DNA of 64,000 nt from Gammaproteobacteria bacterium (lineage in GTDB: Bacteria > Pseudomonadota > Gammaproteobacteria > CAJXQU01), in NCBI GenBank assembly GCA_965223825.1, contig OZ245018.1, forward strand, positions 1,453,561-1,517,560, written 5' to 3'. A program made the position numbers and the translations under genes. Of the stretch, positions 7,733-16,994 are shown piece after piece; the stretch's first letter is position 1; each line of letters starts with the position of its first letter. A model generated the notes under the pieces. The model was not told the DNA's origin. It made no database searches and was given only the letters and a program-made list of their open reading frames with translations.

Positions 7733-9313
7733 TTATTCTTCGGGTAATTTGAATAAGACTAAGTTTTCCAAAAAGATAATCAGATCTAACTGCTGTTTTT
7801 TCGACAATCTCTGGAAGTTTTCTGCAGACTTCGCAGCTTCACCACCGTGTAATAAGATCGCCTCAGTCAATGTGCTTGCGCGGCCGTCATGCAGATAAGG
7901 TGCAGTTGAACCAACGCCCCAAAGTTCTTTCGTTAACCAAACCGACTCGCCAACGCCATTTGGATCCACTTTCTCAGCAAGTGCGGGCCCCATGTCATGG
8001 CGTCTTAGATCACTATACAATCTCGCGATACCTTGACCGCGACGATTTTTTTGTAGAGCACCAAGGCGATATTCGCGCCCTTTCGGATCTGTCACGATGT
8101 TATCGGGCTGATCGTACGTCAGATCGAAACTAACGGGGAATTCAGGATCAACAAACGCATCAACGGCTCTTTGACCTGACGGAAACTTGGTTTCCTGATA
8201 GTAAGCACTCTGACTTGGTTCACTAAATGTCGGGTTATCGATCAACAAACCAGGTGTATGGCAACTGGTGCAACCAGCACTGGCAAATGCTTTCCTTCCT
8301 TTAAAGATTGAACGACGTTCACTCTTCGTTAATGGTTCAATTAAACCGAGATACTCAAGCTCAAGTTTGCTTGTTGGTCTTGGTTGGGCGGCTAAATAGA
8401 TCGTGAGTGCGGTAATATCACCCACGGTAAATTCGTTTGTGACACCATCAAAATCACCATCGACATCACTACCGACTAATTCGACCGGTTGCATGCCGAG
8501 TTCGTTATGCGAGGCACCGCGATTAAAACGTCGTAGGGTGATATCAACCCCTTTCCATTCGTAAGGGCGAACGATCAGATCAGCATCGACACCGCTTACT
8601 TTTGAGGTATCAAACTCGACCTTACAAGGACGGATGCTGGCAGGAGTTGCCGCCAACCGACCAAACGCAATTCGCTTCGCTGATATATTTCTTTCTACAG
8701 TGCGTTTACGTGCGCAGGCTAACGCTTGAATCTTGGATTTTTTATCCTGTAACTCTTCCGTCATTTCTTCAGCTAAGCGCTGCAACGCACCTGATCCGAA
8801 GATATGACTGGTGTTACGAATGATGAAATTATTTAGTTGACCGGTATGTAATGGATCACGATGAACGTTAGAATTCGTCATGCCCGATCCATCATCGAAC
8901 GGTGTGTTGTGGCATGAATTACATGCTTGGCCGTTAGGCCCTGTTTCACGTGCAGGAAAATGATTGGCCCATTGATTTTTATTCGCTAAATCCGCACGAG
9001 GAACGCGTGAGAAGCGTTGACCATCACCCACATTCGCACCAACACCATCAAGGATATTAAAGCTTGTTTCGAATAGCTCATCGCCCAATTCAAAAGCACG
9101 CTCAAATGCTTCATGATTTTGGCCATCTTTACTTAATAGATAAAGCTCCCATTGTTCTTGATGCTCCGCTTGTGGAAAATGATTGGCGGCGACTTGTGAT
9201 TGAGTCGTTGATGCTGCATGCGAACTTGCACTAAGTAAAGCCAGTACCGATAGGCTTGTGGATAACCCCCAAAGTCCAAAGCGGCTTGATGAAATTCCTC
9301 CCGTTAAATTCAA
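7733..9313 (-). CDS. Exported di-haem oxidoreductase (DHOR / putative peroxidase, bCcP-MauG superfamily)
   Basis: Two haem c motifs (CNSCH, CTSCH), R-N-T-S-H-I-F-G-S-G, LYSDLRRHDMG, and ELWGVGSTAPYLHDGRASTLTEAILLHGGEA. Start moved from 9403 to TTG at 9313 (AAGGAG 7 nt upstream), which gives a Sec signal ending SSHA. Confidence 0.8.
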   Translation of the reverse strand: MNLTGGISSSRFGLWGLSTSLSVLALLSASSHAASTTQSQVAANHFPQAEHQEQWELYLLSKDGQNHEAFERAFELGDELFETSFNILDGVGANVGDGQRFSRVPRADLANKNQWANHFPARETGPNGQACNSCHNTPFDDGSGMTNSNVHRDPLHTGQLNNFIIRNTSHIFGSGALQRLAEEMTEELQDKKSKIQALACARKRTVERNISAKRIAFGRLAATPASIRPCKVEFDTSKVSGVDADLIVRPYEWKGVDITLRRFNRGASHNELGMQPVELVGSDVDGDFDGVTNEFTVGDITALTIYLAAQPRPTSKLELEYLGLIEPLTKSERRSIFKGRKAFASAGCTSCHTPGLLIDNPTFSEPSQSAYYQETKFPSGQRAVDAFVDPEFPVSFDLTYDQPDNIVTDPKGREYRLGALQKNRRGQGIARLYSDLRRHDMGPALAEKVDPNGVGESVWLTKELWGVGSTAPYLHDGRASTLTEAILLHGGEAAKSAENFQRLSKKQQLDLIIFLENLVLFKLPEE

Positions 9314-10051
9314 CGTAATTCTCCTTGAAATAAATAATGTCCATATAATTTTTAAATAACGGGTTAAAATTTCCGCCATCGTTAAGAATGGTTTTTTGGA
9401 CAATTAAAACCATTTTCATAAAGTGGAACAGGGGAGGCATAATTAATATTTAATTAAAATATATATATTTTAATTTTAATAAAATCAGTTTATTGAACGT
9501 TAATATGAATCGCCATTCCAGTTTCACATTGTGACTAAGCTATTGATTAACAGTTCAATCATGTTTAATGCAAATTTAATTAATATTCGACTAGTTCACA
9601 CTTTAATTAAGTTATTTTAATTATCGGATTTATTAATTAAAACTTTAGTTAATATATTTTAATATCAATAATTTATATTAGTATCAGCAAGATAGGTTTA
9701 TGTGATTATTTTTTTGTGGTCTTTGCCCTACAAGAATTTATGAGGGGTGCCTTACTTATAATAAGGTGCAATAAAGTTTGTGATAAATTATGACGTCATT
9801 TGCTACGTAAAGAATCATTTTTTAGATGTGTTGTTTGATTAAAAATTACATAACTTAACGCAGGTTAATTTACACTTAATCATAGCTTTAATGATTTATG
9901 TTGAATATTTCACATGTGCGTAAAGTTGAGATACTTCAATCTAATATTGCAGTTGATTTTAGAAAAAAAACAGGTTGAGTTATTACTTATGAATTAAAAG
10001 AATGTAAGCCGTGATTGCTGAATATCAATTCTCATCGTCGTTAAAAACCGC

Positions 10052-12175
10052 CTAAATCTCTACAGGTATTTCCAATTCATCTTTGTTAAGTAAGCGCATC
10101 AAACTCAAACTAATAACATTAATATCGTTATCAAACGAGCCATGTGCAAGATCGATCTGATCGCCTTGCAGTGATGTTTTTACTTTACTGAATTGTTTGT
10201 CATAAACACTGAGTTTGACTTTGCCTGCACCCTTAGTTGCGAAGTCGAGCCATTTTTCGATCTCGCGTTGTTGTGAAGAATTAAATTTCCCATCCTCTTC
10301 ATCAACGTGGTCTTTATTCCACGCTGCCGTCATGCCAAGTAGTGGCATTTTGTGGATGTCTTCTAATGCACGGCTAACCAGATACAGCAAGGATTTTCCG
10401 TAGGGGCCAACGGTGTCGGCAAGTTCTCTCTCGTCGTCCATATTGTGAATGTGCAAGGTGGATTTTTTGAAGATACCTTTTTCACATGCGCGAATGTAAT
10501 GTTTATTCGCAAATTCGAGCGTACAGGCGGGCGCAAATAGCGTGATTGAACTGACGATGAGTTTACGTTTTACCAATTCATCTAGCCAGTGTCCAAACAA
10601 AATCGATCCGGCAGAATGACCAACCAGATGTAGATCAAATGCAAACTCTTTTCGCAATTCTGCCAGTGCTTTTGACAGAATCACCATTGCTCCAGGTCTG
10701 ACCCCTGCGCCTTGTTGTGGGTAACCTCGTACAGCGCGATCAGATGAGTATTGGGCATTTTCTTTCATTTCATTCCATACACCGCGAACCATAATATGAC
10801 GCGACATTTTTTCTATTCCACGATCCATGGGTTCTCGCAGACGATCAAGAATGCCTTGTGCTTTAGCACTGGCGGGGTCAATGCCCGCATTTCGAAAATT
10901 CTCCATTAAAAAGTCACCGAGTTGATTGGTTATCGACTCAATAAAACCCGTTTTCCAACTGATAAAAATGGGATAAATCCCATTTGCTTTAAAATACGGT
11001 GCCATCACCCGTACTCGATTGATCGAGTCATCTTCAGAGTTCAGCCCGCCGTGTGCGTAGATCACAATGCGTTTTTTGCCCGTGGTGTTTTTTAACCAAT
11101 CACGCACCAGGTCAAAACAAATTCGTCTTGCAGAACTGTCAGGATCTTCAGCCGTAACCAGCGTCAGTTTTGGTCGACCATCATTGCCGATCACTAAGGA
11201 ATGCATGTAGGCCGTTTCTTCCGTCCATGGCCGAGCGAGCGGTGATACATAGTCATACCGCAAGGCGCGACTCATGCCGGAGGTCATCCGTCCATTCGCT
11301 TCCGTCGTGATCATTTGCATGGGATGGTTGGCATACGTTACGGGGGCGGGTTTGTTGACCGGAGCACCTCGTACAGCGACCCAGGCATCGCTAGCGTGCT
11401 CAACCCAATCGGCATACGTCAGCACTGCAAAACCAAAATAGCCCCAACTCGGCCCCCACGAATTCTGCACAATAAAGCCATCCGCATTAAAGCCCACGAT
11501 CGCGAATGAATGACCGCCCGCAGCTTGTCCGCCGGATTTGATGATTGACAACGTTTTATCGTTTTTTCGCCACCAACCCGCATGCACATTCGCTGAACAG
11601 TAGATCGCACCGACTTCGTAGATCGCACCTTGCATATCGACGACGGAATCTTTATTGATCCGGTAATACGCACCGAGTGGATTATCGATCGCTTCTATCG
11701 CCCAATGATCGCGAGGTTCGATGAATTTTTTCGTAGAGTAAGGCCAAGTTTCATCATGACAAACGCCGTGTCGATGCCAACCTTTCATCGCGCCGCGACA
11801 ACTTGATCCTTCGTAATCTTCACCATCCCACTCGTCGTAAATGCGTGCCATGTGATAAAGCATGCGCGGGCTGACGCGTTTTGATCGCATGTCATGCGGG
11901 GAATGGATGTCACCATTGTCTTCAAGTCTCACGTTTGCACGCCAATTGAGATAATTGATCACGGCAGCGAGACCAAAGCCTGTGCAGGCGCCTTCACCTT
12001 CTTGATCGAGAATCATCCCATCACGGGTGTAGGTTTCGAGCATACATTCAATATGTCGTTTTAATGGCCATTGTTGCGGGAGTGATCGTAACGGTGGGCG
12101 GTATTCGCGATCACGTAGGTCGAGTCGATCTGGTCGTGCATCCAGTGTTTGGTGTTTATAACTGTTTGTTGGCAT
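10052..12175 (-). CDS. C1A (papain-like) cysteine peptidase fused to a C-terminal alpha/beta-hydrolase-fold domain
   Basis: QEGEGACTGF (oxyanion Gln and Cys), GGHSFAIVG (His), QNSWG (Asn). C-terminal half has IYAHGGLN, nucleophile elbow LVGHSAG, DDERE and AHGSF. Probable start ATG 12175 (GGGGA RBS); ORF track starts at 12250. Confidence 0.82.
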   Translation of the reverse strand: MPTNSYKHQTLDARPDRLDLRDREYRPPLRSLPQQWPLKRHIECMLETYTRDGMILDQEGEGACTGFGLAAVINYLNWRANVRLEDNGDIHSPHDMRSKRVSPRMLYHMARIYDEWDGEDYEGSSCRGAMKGWHRHGVCHDETWPYSTKKFIEPRDHWAIEAIDNPLGAYYRINKDSVVDMQGAIYEVGAIYCSANVHAGWWRKNDKTLSIIKSGGQAAGGHSFAIVGFNADGFIVQNSWGPSWGYFGFAVLTYADWVEHASDAWVAVRGAPVNKPAPVTYANHPMQMITTEANGRMTSGMSRALRYDYVSPLARPWTEETAYMHSLVIGNDGRPKLTLVTAEDPDSSARRICFDLVRDWLKNTTGKKRIVIYAHGGLNSEDDSINRVRVMAPYFKANGIYPIFISWKTGFIESITNQLGDFLMENFRNAGIDPASAKAQGILDRLREPMDRGIEKMSRHIMVRGVWNEMKENAQYSSDRAVRGYPQQGAGVRPGAMVILSKALAELRKEFAFDLHLVGHSAGSILFGHWLDELVKRKLIVSSITLFAPACTLEFANKHYIRACEKGIFKKSTLHIHNMDDERELADTVGPYGKSLLYLVSRALEDIHKMPLLGMTAAWNKDHVDEEDGKFNSSQQREIEKWLDFATKGAGKVKLSVYDKQFSKVKTSLQGDQIDLAHGSFDNDINVISLSLMRLLNKDELEIPVEI

Positions 12176-12375
12176 GCTGTTATCCCCGTTCCCGAATCTT
12201 TTCAAGAGATAGAGAAGATTGTCATATTTAGCAAGAGAATACCGGGACATCGGTCAAAAACACGGTATCAAACTAAACTTTGCGTTAAATCGGCTCTCTA
12301 TTTAATTGTGAGGGCACAATAATAACGAATAATAAACAACAGTGGTGTGGTGAAATTAAGAGAAGGAAAAGCGTT

Positions 12376-13362
12376 ATGAGAAAGGTGATTATTGGATGCG
12401 TGCTATCACTACTCGGCAGTTGGGGAATGCTGAATGCATCATTCGCAGCGAATGATGCGGAAGAGTCACGAGATATGTTCGAACCACCGGGCAAGCTGAT
12501 CAAGGTGGGCAAACATCGACTACACATAAATTGCTTGGGCAATGCATCAGACAAACCAACAGTGATTATTGATGCAGGTTTAGGCAGTTTTTCTCTCGAA
12601 TGGAATCACATGCAGGCACATCTTATTAGCGAATTACGAACTTGCAGTTATGATCGGGCCGGGTATGGTTGGAGTGATCCTGGCCCATTCCCACGCACAA
12701 CAGAAACCATCGTCAACGAGCTGCGAGTATTGCTAAAGAAAGCCGATATTCCACCACCGTATATTCTGATCGGCCATTCGTTCGGTGGCTACAATATGAT
12801 GTATTTCACGAAAGTACATCCAGAAGAGGTAAAAGGTTTAATTTTGGTGGATTCATCGCATCCTGATCAAACAGCTTGGATGCCGACGGTTTTTCCAACC
12901 TCCGCATCAGCTCGTGGGCGGACGCGTTTTGTTTCATCACCAAAGCTACCGAAAAACTATCCCTATGAGCAACGTATTCTTGGGTTTCACTTAATGAATG
13001 CCACGAAAGCACGTAATGCATTACGCTTTGAAAGTATGAACTTTGAGATCAGTGCGAAGCAAGTCATGCAACTGGGGCCAATGCCGGATGTACCTTTAAT
13101 CGTACTCACGCGGGGGGAACAAGCGTGGCCGGATACACGGGAAGGCAAAGATCGGGAAAATCTCTGGTCACGGTTGCAAAGTGATCTGGCACGTATGGCA
13201 CCACATTCGCAGCATGTTTATGCCGATTACAGTGGCCACTATATTCATCTTGATCAACCGTTGCTGGTCGAAAAAGCAATTCGAAGTGTGCTGAAAGGAG
13301 AGTGCATTTTGGAAAAAGTCATTGCGATGCCACAACCGGTTAGTCAGACGGGGGAATGTTGA
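12376..13362 (+). CDS. Secreted alpha/beta-fold hydrolase
   Basis: Signal peptide (ASFA-AN), IDAGLG, SYDRAGYGWSD, ILIGHSFGG nucleophile elbow, LILVDSSHPDQ, SGHYIHLDQP. Confidence 0.88.
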   Translation: MRKVIIGCVLSLLGSWGMLNASFAANDAEESRDMFEPPGKLIKVGKHRLHINCLGNASDKPTVIIDAGLGSFSLEWNHMQAHLISELRTCSYDRAGYGWSDPGPFPRTTETIVNELRVLLKKADIPPPYILIGHSFGGYNMMYFTKVHPEEVKGLILVDSSHPDQTAWMPTVFPTSASARGRTRFVSSPKLPKNYPYEQRILGFHLMNATKARNALRFESMNFEISAKQVMQLGPMPDVPLIVLTRGEQAWPDTREGKDRENLWSRLQSDLARMAPHSQHVYADYSGHYIHLDQPLLVEKAIRSVLKGECILEKVIAMPQPVSQTGEC

Positions 13363-13393
13363 GTTAAGTTGCTGATGAAGGCGATGTCAGCAT

Positions 13394-13424
13394 AAAAAAA
13401 GCGGATCATCTGATCCGCTTTTTT
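13394..13424. terminator. Bidirectional Rho-independent terminator
   Basis: A7-GCGGATCA-TC-TGATCCGC-T6 between convergent genes. Confidence 0.88.
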
Positions 13425-13494
13425 ACAATGTAGAGTCAGTTATTTTCTAAACGTGCCTAACGGTTTTAGACACGTTCAGTCCAAATTGACCGTC

Positions 13495-14184
13495 TTATTT
13501 TACAACTTGCAGTAATTCAATCTCGAAAATCAATGTTTCATTCGGCCCTATTGACTTACCTGCGCCTCGTTCACCATAAGCTAATTCAGAAGGAATAGTG
13601 ACTTCCCACTTATCACCTTCGCGCATCATCGGTAAGATTTCTATCCAACCTTTAATTACGCCACTAACAGGAAAGCTTGCCGGTTCGCCACGTGCGTAAG
13701 AACTGTCAAATTCCGTTCCGTTGATCAACGTGCCACGGTAATGAACAGTTACGGTGTCACTTGCCGTTGGTTTCGCGCCGGAACCTTCATTTAGCACACG
13801 ATATTGAATACCGCTATCAGTGACTTTCACACCGTCTTTTTTCGCATTCTCAGCGAGATACTCGGTGCCTATTTTCTGATTCGCTGCGCCAGCGCTACTT
13901 TGTTGATCAGCTATTTTTTTCTCTTCCGCTTCCATTACACGTTTGAGTTCTTCAGGCGTGATGCGAGGTTTCTTACCGTTCAGCGCATCTTCAATCGCCA
14001 GCATTAAGGCTTCTTGATCCACTTCGAAGTCTTGGCGTGTTAAGGATTGGCCTATCTGCATACCAATACCATAACTAAAGATTTGTTCGTCTGTTGTAAT
14101 TTCTGCTGCATGTAATGAACCTGCGAGACACAACGTCAGTGTGGATGCAGTCAGTGTTGATAGAACGTTAAAAGGTTTTTTCAC
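13495..14184 (-). CDS. Exported FKBP-type peptidyl-prolyl isomerase (FkpA/Mip/FklB family)
   Basis: SYGIGMQIG N-domain, SGIQY, VTVHYRGTLINGTEFDSSY.RG.P..F.V.GVIKGW, IPSELAYGERG, IGPNETLIFEIELL. Start set to GTG 14184 (GAGG RBS; signal peptide follows). Confidence 0.92.
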   Translation of the reverse strand: MKKPFNVLSTLTASTLTLCLAGSLHAAEITTDEQIFSYGIGMQIGQSLTRQDFEVDQEALMLAIEDALNGKKPRITPEELKRVMEAEEKKIADQQSSAGAANQKIGTEYLAENAKKDGVKVTDSGIQYRVLNEGSGAKPTASDTVTVHYRGTLINGTEFDSSYARGEPASFPVSGVIKGWIEILPMMREGDKWEVTIPSELAYGERGAGKSIGPNETLIFEIELLQVVK

Positions 14185-14337
14185 TCGGTTTTCCTCGATA
14201 GTGAGTTCTGTAAAAAAAGCCGCGCTATCTTCCCACAGGAAATGCGCACGAGACAACAATGTCACCGCTTATGACGTGTAACGATACGATGAAGTTCATT
14301 GAATTGTGTATTTATGTGACCAAATCACGTCAGATGA

Positions 14338-14889
14338 TCAGTGACGAACGGGTCGTTTTTGTAGTTTTCGCTGTAAAGTTCGACGGTGCATTCCTAGGCG
14401 TCGCGCGGCTTCTGAGATATTTCCTTCACATTCCGTTAGGACTTTTTGAATATGTTCCCATTCTAAGCGGTTTACGGAAATCGGTTTTTCCGCGATCGGT
14501 ATATTCGAGTCGCCACTCTGTTTTTCAAACGCAGTGACGATTTCATCGGCATCTGCTGGTTTAGTCAGGTAGTGGATCGCGCCGAGTTTGATCGCTTCCA
14601 CTGCCGTCGAAATACTCGCATACCCAGTTAGGACAATGGTGCGGCAATCAGGAAATGCAGTGTGTAGTGCGGAAACCAGTTCCAGCCCAGATGGCCCAGA
14701 CATGCGTAAATCGACGACTGCATATGCCGGTGGATGTTGATCGAGCAAAGCCAATGCGGATGGCACATCATGTGCCGTTGTGACGTGAAAGCCTCGATCA
14801 GTAAGCGCGTCTGCCAGTACATCTGTAAAAATAGGGTCGTCATCGACGAGGAGTAAGTTATTCTCTGCAGCCATTTTTCTTTCCGTCAT
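14338..14889 (-). CDS. regA: RegA/PrrA/ActR-family redox response regulator
   Basis: Receiver domain (LLLVDDD, VVDLRM, VLTGYASI, YLTKP) plus the signature SVNRLEWEHIQKVL..C.GNISEAARRLGMHRRTLQRKL. Confidence 0.93.
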   Translation of the reverse strand: MTERKMAAENNLLLVDDDPIFTDVLADALTDRGFHVTTAHDVPSALALLDQHPPAYAVVDLRMSGPSGLELVSALHTAFPDCRTIVLTGYASISTAVEAIKLGAIHYLTKPADADEIVTAFEKQSGDSNIPIAEKPISVNRLEWEHIQKVLTECEGNISEAARRLGMHRRTLQRKLQKRPVRH

Positions 14890-16184
14890 GCTGGTATTTC
14901 TTCCGCACGAATGCGATCAAGAGGGATGATTATCGTTGCGATCACGCCGGGTTGTTCAGATCGGTTAATTAATGTTAGATCACCCCCCAAACGTGCCAGT
15001 GTCGAGCGGGCGAGATAAACGCCCAAACCAAGTCCCGATTGTGCCGCCTTGGTGGTTAGGAAAGGTTCTTCCCCCAGTCTTGATAATAATGCGTCGCTCA
15101 AGCCGGGACCGTAATCCGTAATAATTATGTCAAGTTGCTGATCATCCCAATGTGCGCTTACATCGACTTCCGCAAGCGGATCATTCGCTGCCTCTGCTGC
15201 GTTGTTAAGCACATTGACAATAGACTGAGAAATCGTGCGATCGGTGATCACGGCAGGCGAGGGCAGTTGACCATTTAGGTCCAGCTTGAGATTGATCGTC
15301 GGGCGTAACCCACGCCATTCCTCAAATAATTCGGTCAACCAACGATCCAGCGGTTGTGGCCGGCCTGCATCGGCTTGTGATTGTCCAGCTGTGGCGGCCA
15401 TTGTTGATAAAATGCCTTTGCAACGATCAACTTGGCTGCGTAACAAACCCAGTTTCTTTTTTAATTTTGGATCGGCGGCGTACGCTTTTTCCAAATCCTT
15501 CGAGAGGATCGCGATCGTACTGAGTGGAGTGCCGAGTTCATGTGCGGTGCCTGCAGCTAATGCACCGAGAGCAGCTATTTTTTCCGCTTCTAACCCACGT
15601 TCGCGTGCTTCGGCGAGGAGCTGATCGCGCGTGCGTAAACTCATACCGATGCGTGTCACAAAATATGCTACGAGGCCGGCTGAAAGCAAAAATCCGCACC
15701 ACATTCCCCAAATGTGTAACGTAAAACCATGACCATGATGTTGCCAGATCTGCATCGGGTTGTGTTGCCACATCAAGCCGCTATAGGCGATTACCGCTGC
15801 GATCGCGATGACGCCTATATGCAGTGGGCGAAGCAGTGCCGCTGCAAACGTTACGGGCAACATATATAAAGAGACAAATGGGTTCGATGAACCTCCGGTG
15901 TAATACAACAACAAGGTCAGAAAAAAAATGTCGGTCATCAACTGCAAGAAGACGAAATTACTGTTGATCGATGACTGACGTTTTGCCCAAAGCGTGCTGA
16001 ACAGGGTGACGATACCGAGTGATAGCATGATCAAAAACACCGGTGTGATCGGAAATGCTTCATCACTGACGCGCATTAAAATCCACAGAATGATGACGTG
16101 TCCCCAAAAGGCGATGGATCGCAAAACGACGGCGTAATGCAGGCTGAGACGTGAAAGTTCGTGGGAGCGTTCGGGCGAGATCAT
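14886..16184 (-). CDS. regB: RegB/PrrB/ActS-family redox sensor histidine kinase
   Basis: Six TM segments with the quinone-binding motif GGSSNPF, H-box AAGTAHELGTPL, the conserved redox Cys (DRCKGIL), N and G boxes. Overlaps regA by 4 nt. Confidence 0.93.
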   Translation of the reverse strand: MISPERSHELSRLSLHYAVVLRSIAFWGHVIILWILMRVSDEAFPITPVFLIMLSLGIVTLFSTLWAKRQSSINSNFVFLQLMTDIFFLTLLLYYTGGSSNPFVSLYMLPVTFAAALLRPLHIGVIAIAAVIAYSGLMWQHNPMQIWQHHGHGFTLHIWGMWCGFLLSAGLVAYFVTRIGMSLRTRDQLLAEARERGLEAEKIAALGALAAGTAHELGTPLSTIAILSKDLEKAYAADPKLKKKLGLLRSQVDRCKGILSTMAATAGQSQADAGRPQPLDRWLTELFEEWRGLRPTINLKLDLNGQLPSPAVITDRTISQSIVNVLNNAAEAANDPLAEVDVSAHWDDQQLDIIITDYGPGLSDALLSRLGEEPFLTTKAAQSGLGLGVYLARSTLARLGGDLTLINRSEQPGVIATIIIPLDRIRAEEIPA

Positions 16185-16220
16185 AAATGCACTTTAGCAT
16201 GACCATCGCTAGGCTCAACT

Positions 16221-16252
16221 GCGACAGAATGCCGCATGCGACAACGTGTCAC
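16221..16252. promoter_or_regulatory. Two tandem RegA/RegR-type boxes
   Basis: GCGAC-AGAAT-GCCGC (16221-16235) and GCGAC-AACGT-GTCAC (16238-16252) fit GCGRC-N5-GYCGC. They lie between divergent regB and a cytochrome c gene. Confidence 0.7.
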
Positions 16253-16339
16253 ATTGTTTGCTGCGGGTCGCATCCTCATACTTAAATCCTCTAATAAATA
16301 TAAAAGTATTGAGATGAAGTTAAAGAGGTTAAAAATAAA

Positions 16340-16792
16340 ATGAACAAGATCATTATGCTTAGCGGTCTCGGTTTGATCGCCAGTATGAATTTAGCATACG
16401 CCGCGCACGAACCCCGCATTGATGATGCGGGCGATGCGCCAGAATACACAGTCAATTGCGTGGCAGACGCAACGGATGCAACAGGTTGCGAAGTCGACAA
16501 GGGGACTTATGTCGGTTGGCGTTCGTACGCCACCAATTGTCAGGTTTGTCATGGCGGTAGCGGTATGGGCAGCACCTTCGCGCCGAATTTGTTAGAACGA
16601 TTTAACCAAGAAGGTGTTGACTACGGACGTTTTAAATATGTGATGACACACGGTTATACCGGCCAGATGGGAGCAATGCCTGCGTGGGAAAAGAACCCCG
16701 GTGTTATGAAGGATTTAGATAATCTTTATCGTTATTTAAAAGCGCGCGCCGATGAGAAGCTACCGCAAGGTCGGCCGAAAAGAATGAAATAA
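16340..16792 (+). CDS. Periplasmic monohaem cytochrome c (resembles the methanol-metabolism-related c-type family)
   Basis: Signal peptide, CQVCH, GMGSTFAPNL, axial-Met motif MPAW, C-terminal YRYLKARAD.KLPQGRP. Extra Cys pair (NCV...GCE) before the haem motif. Confidence 0.85.
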   Translation: MNKIIMLSGLGLIASMNLAYAAHEPRIDDAGDAPEYTVNCVADATDATGCEVDKGTYVGWRSYATNCQVCHGGSGMGSTFAPNLLERFNQEGVDYGRFKYVMTHGYTGQMGAMPAWEKNPGVMKDLDNLYRYLKARADEKLPQGRPKRMK

Positions 16793-16836
16793 AACGAACT
16801 TTCCAAGTACCACTACAGCTTTTTTAGCTGATCATG

Positions 16837-16872
16837 CCGCTACCCTCTGACTCTCTGGTAGCGGTTTTTTTT
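16837..16872 (+). terminator. Rho-independent terminator
   Basis: CCGCTACC/GGTAGCGG stem followed by a T-tract. Confidence 0.8.
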
Positions 16873-16994
16873 GCTTGAAATTCGACTAAAGGCAAAAATA
16901 TCGTTAAATGCAGTCGATCGTATCCCACACGCGGGCCATAGTTGGGTACACTTTGAAGGATAAGAATTTATTCAAAAACGTTACGGAAAACGTC

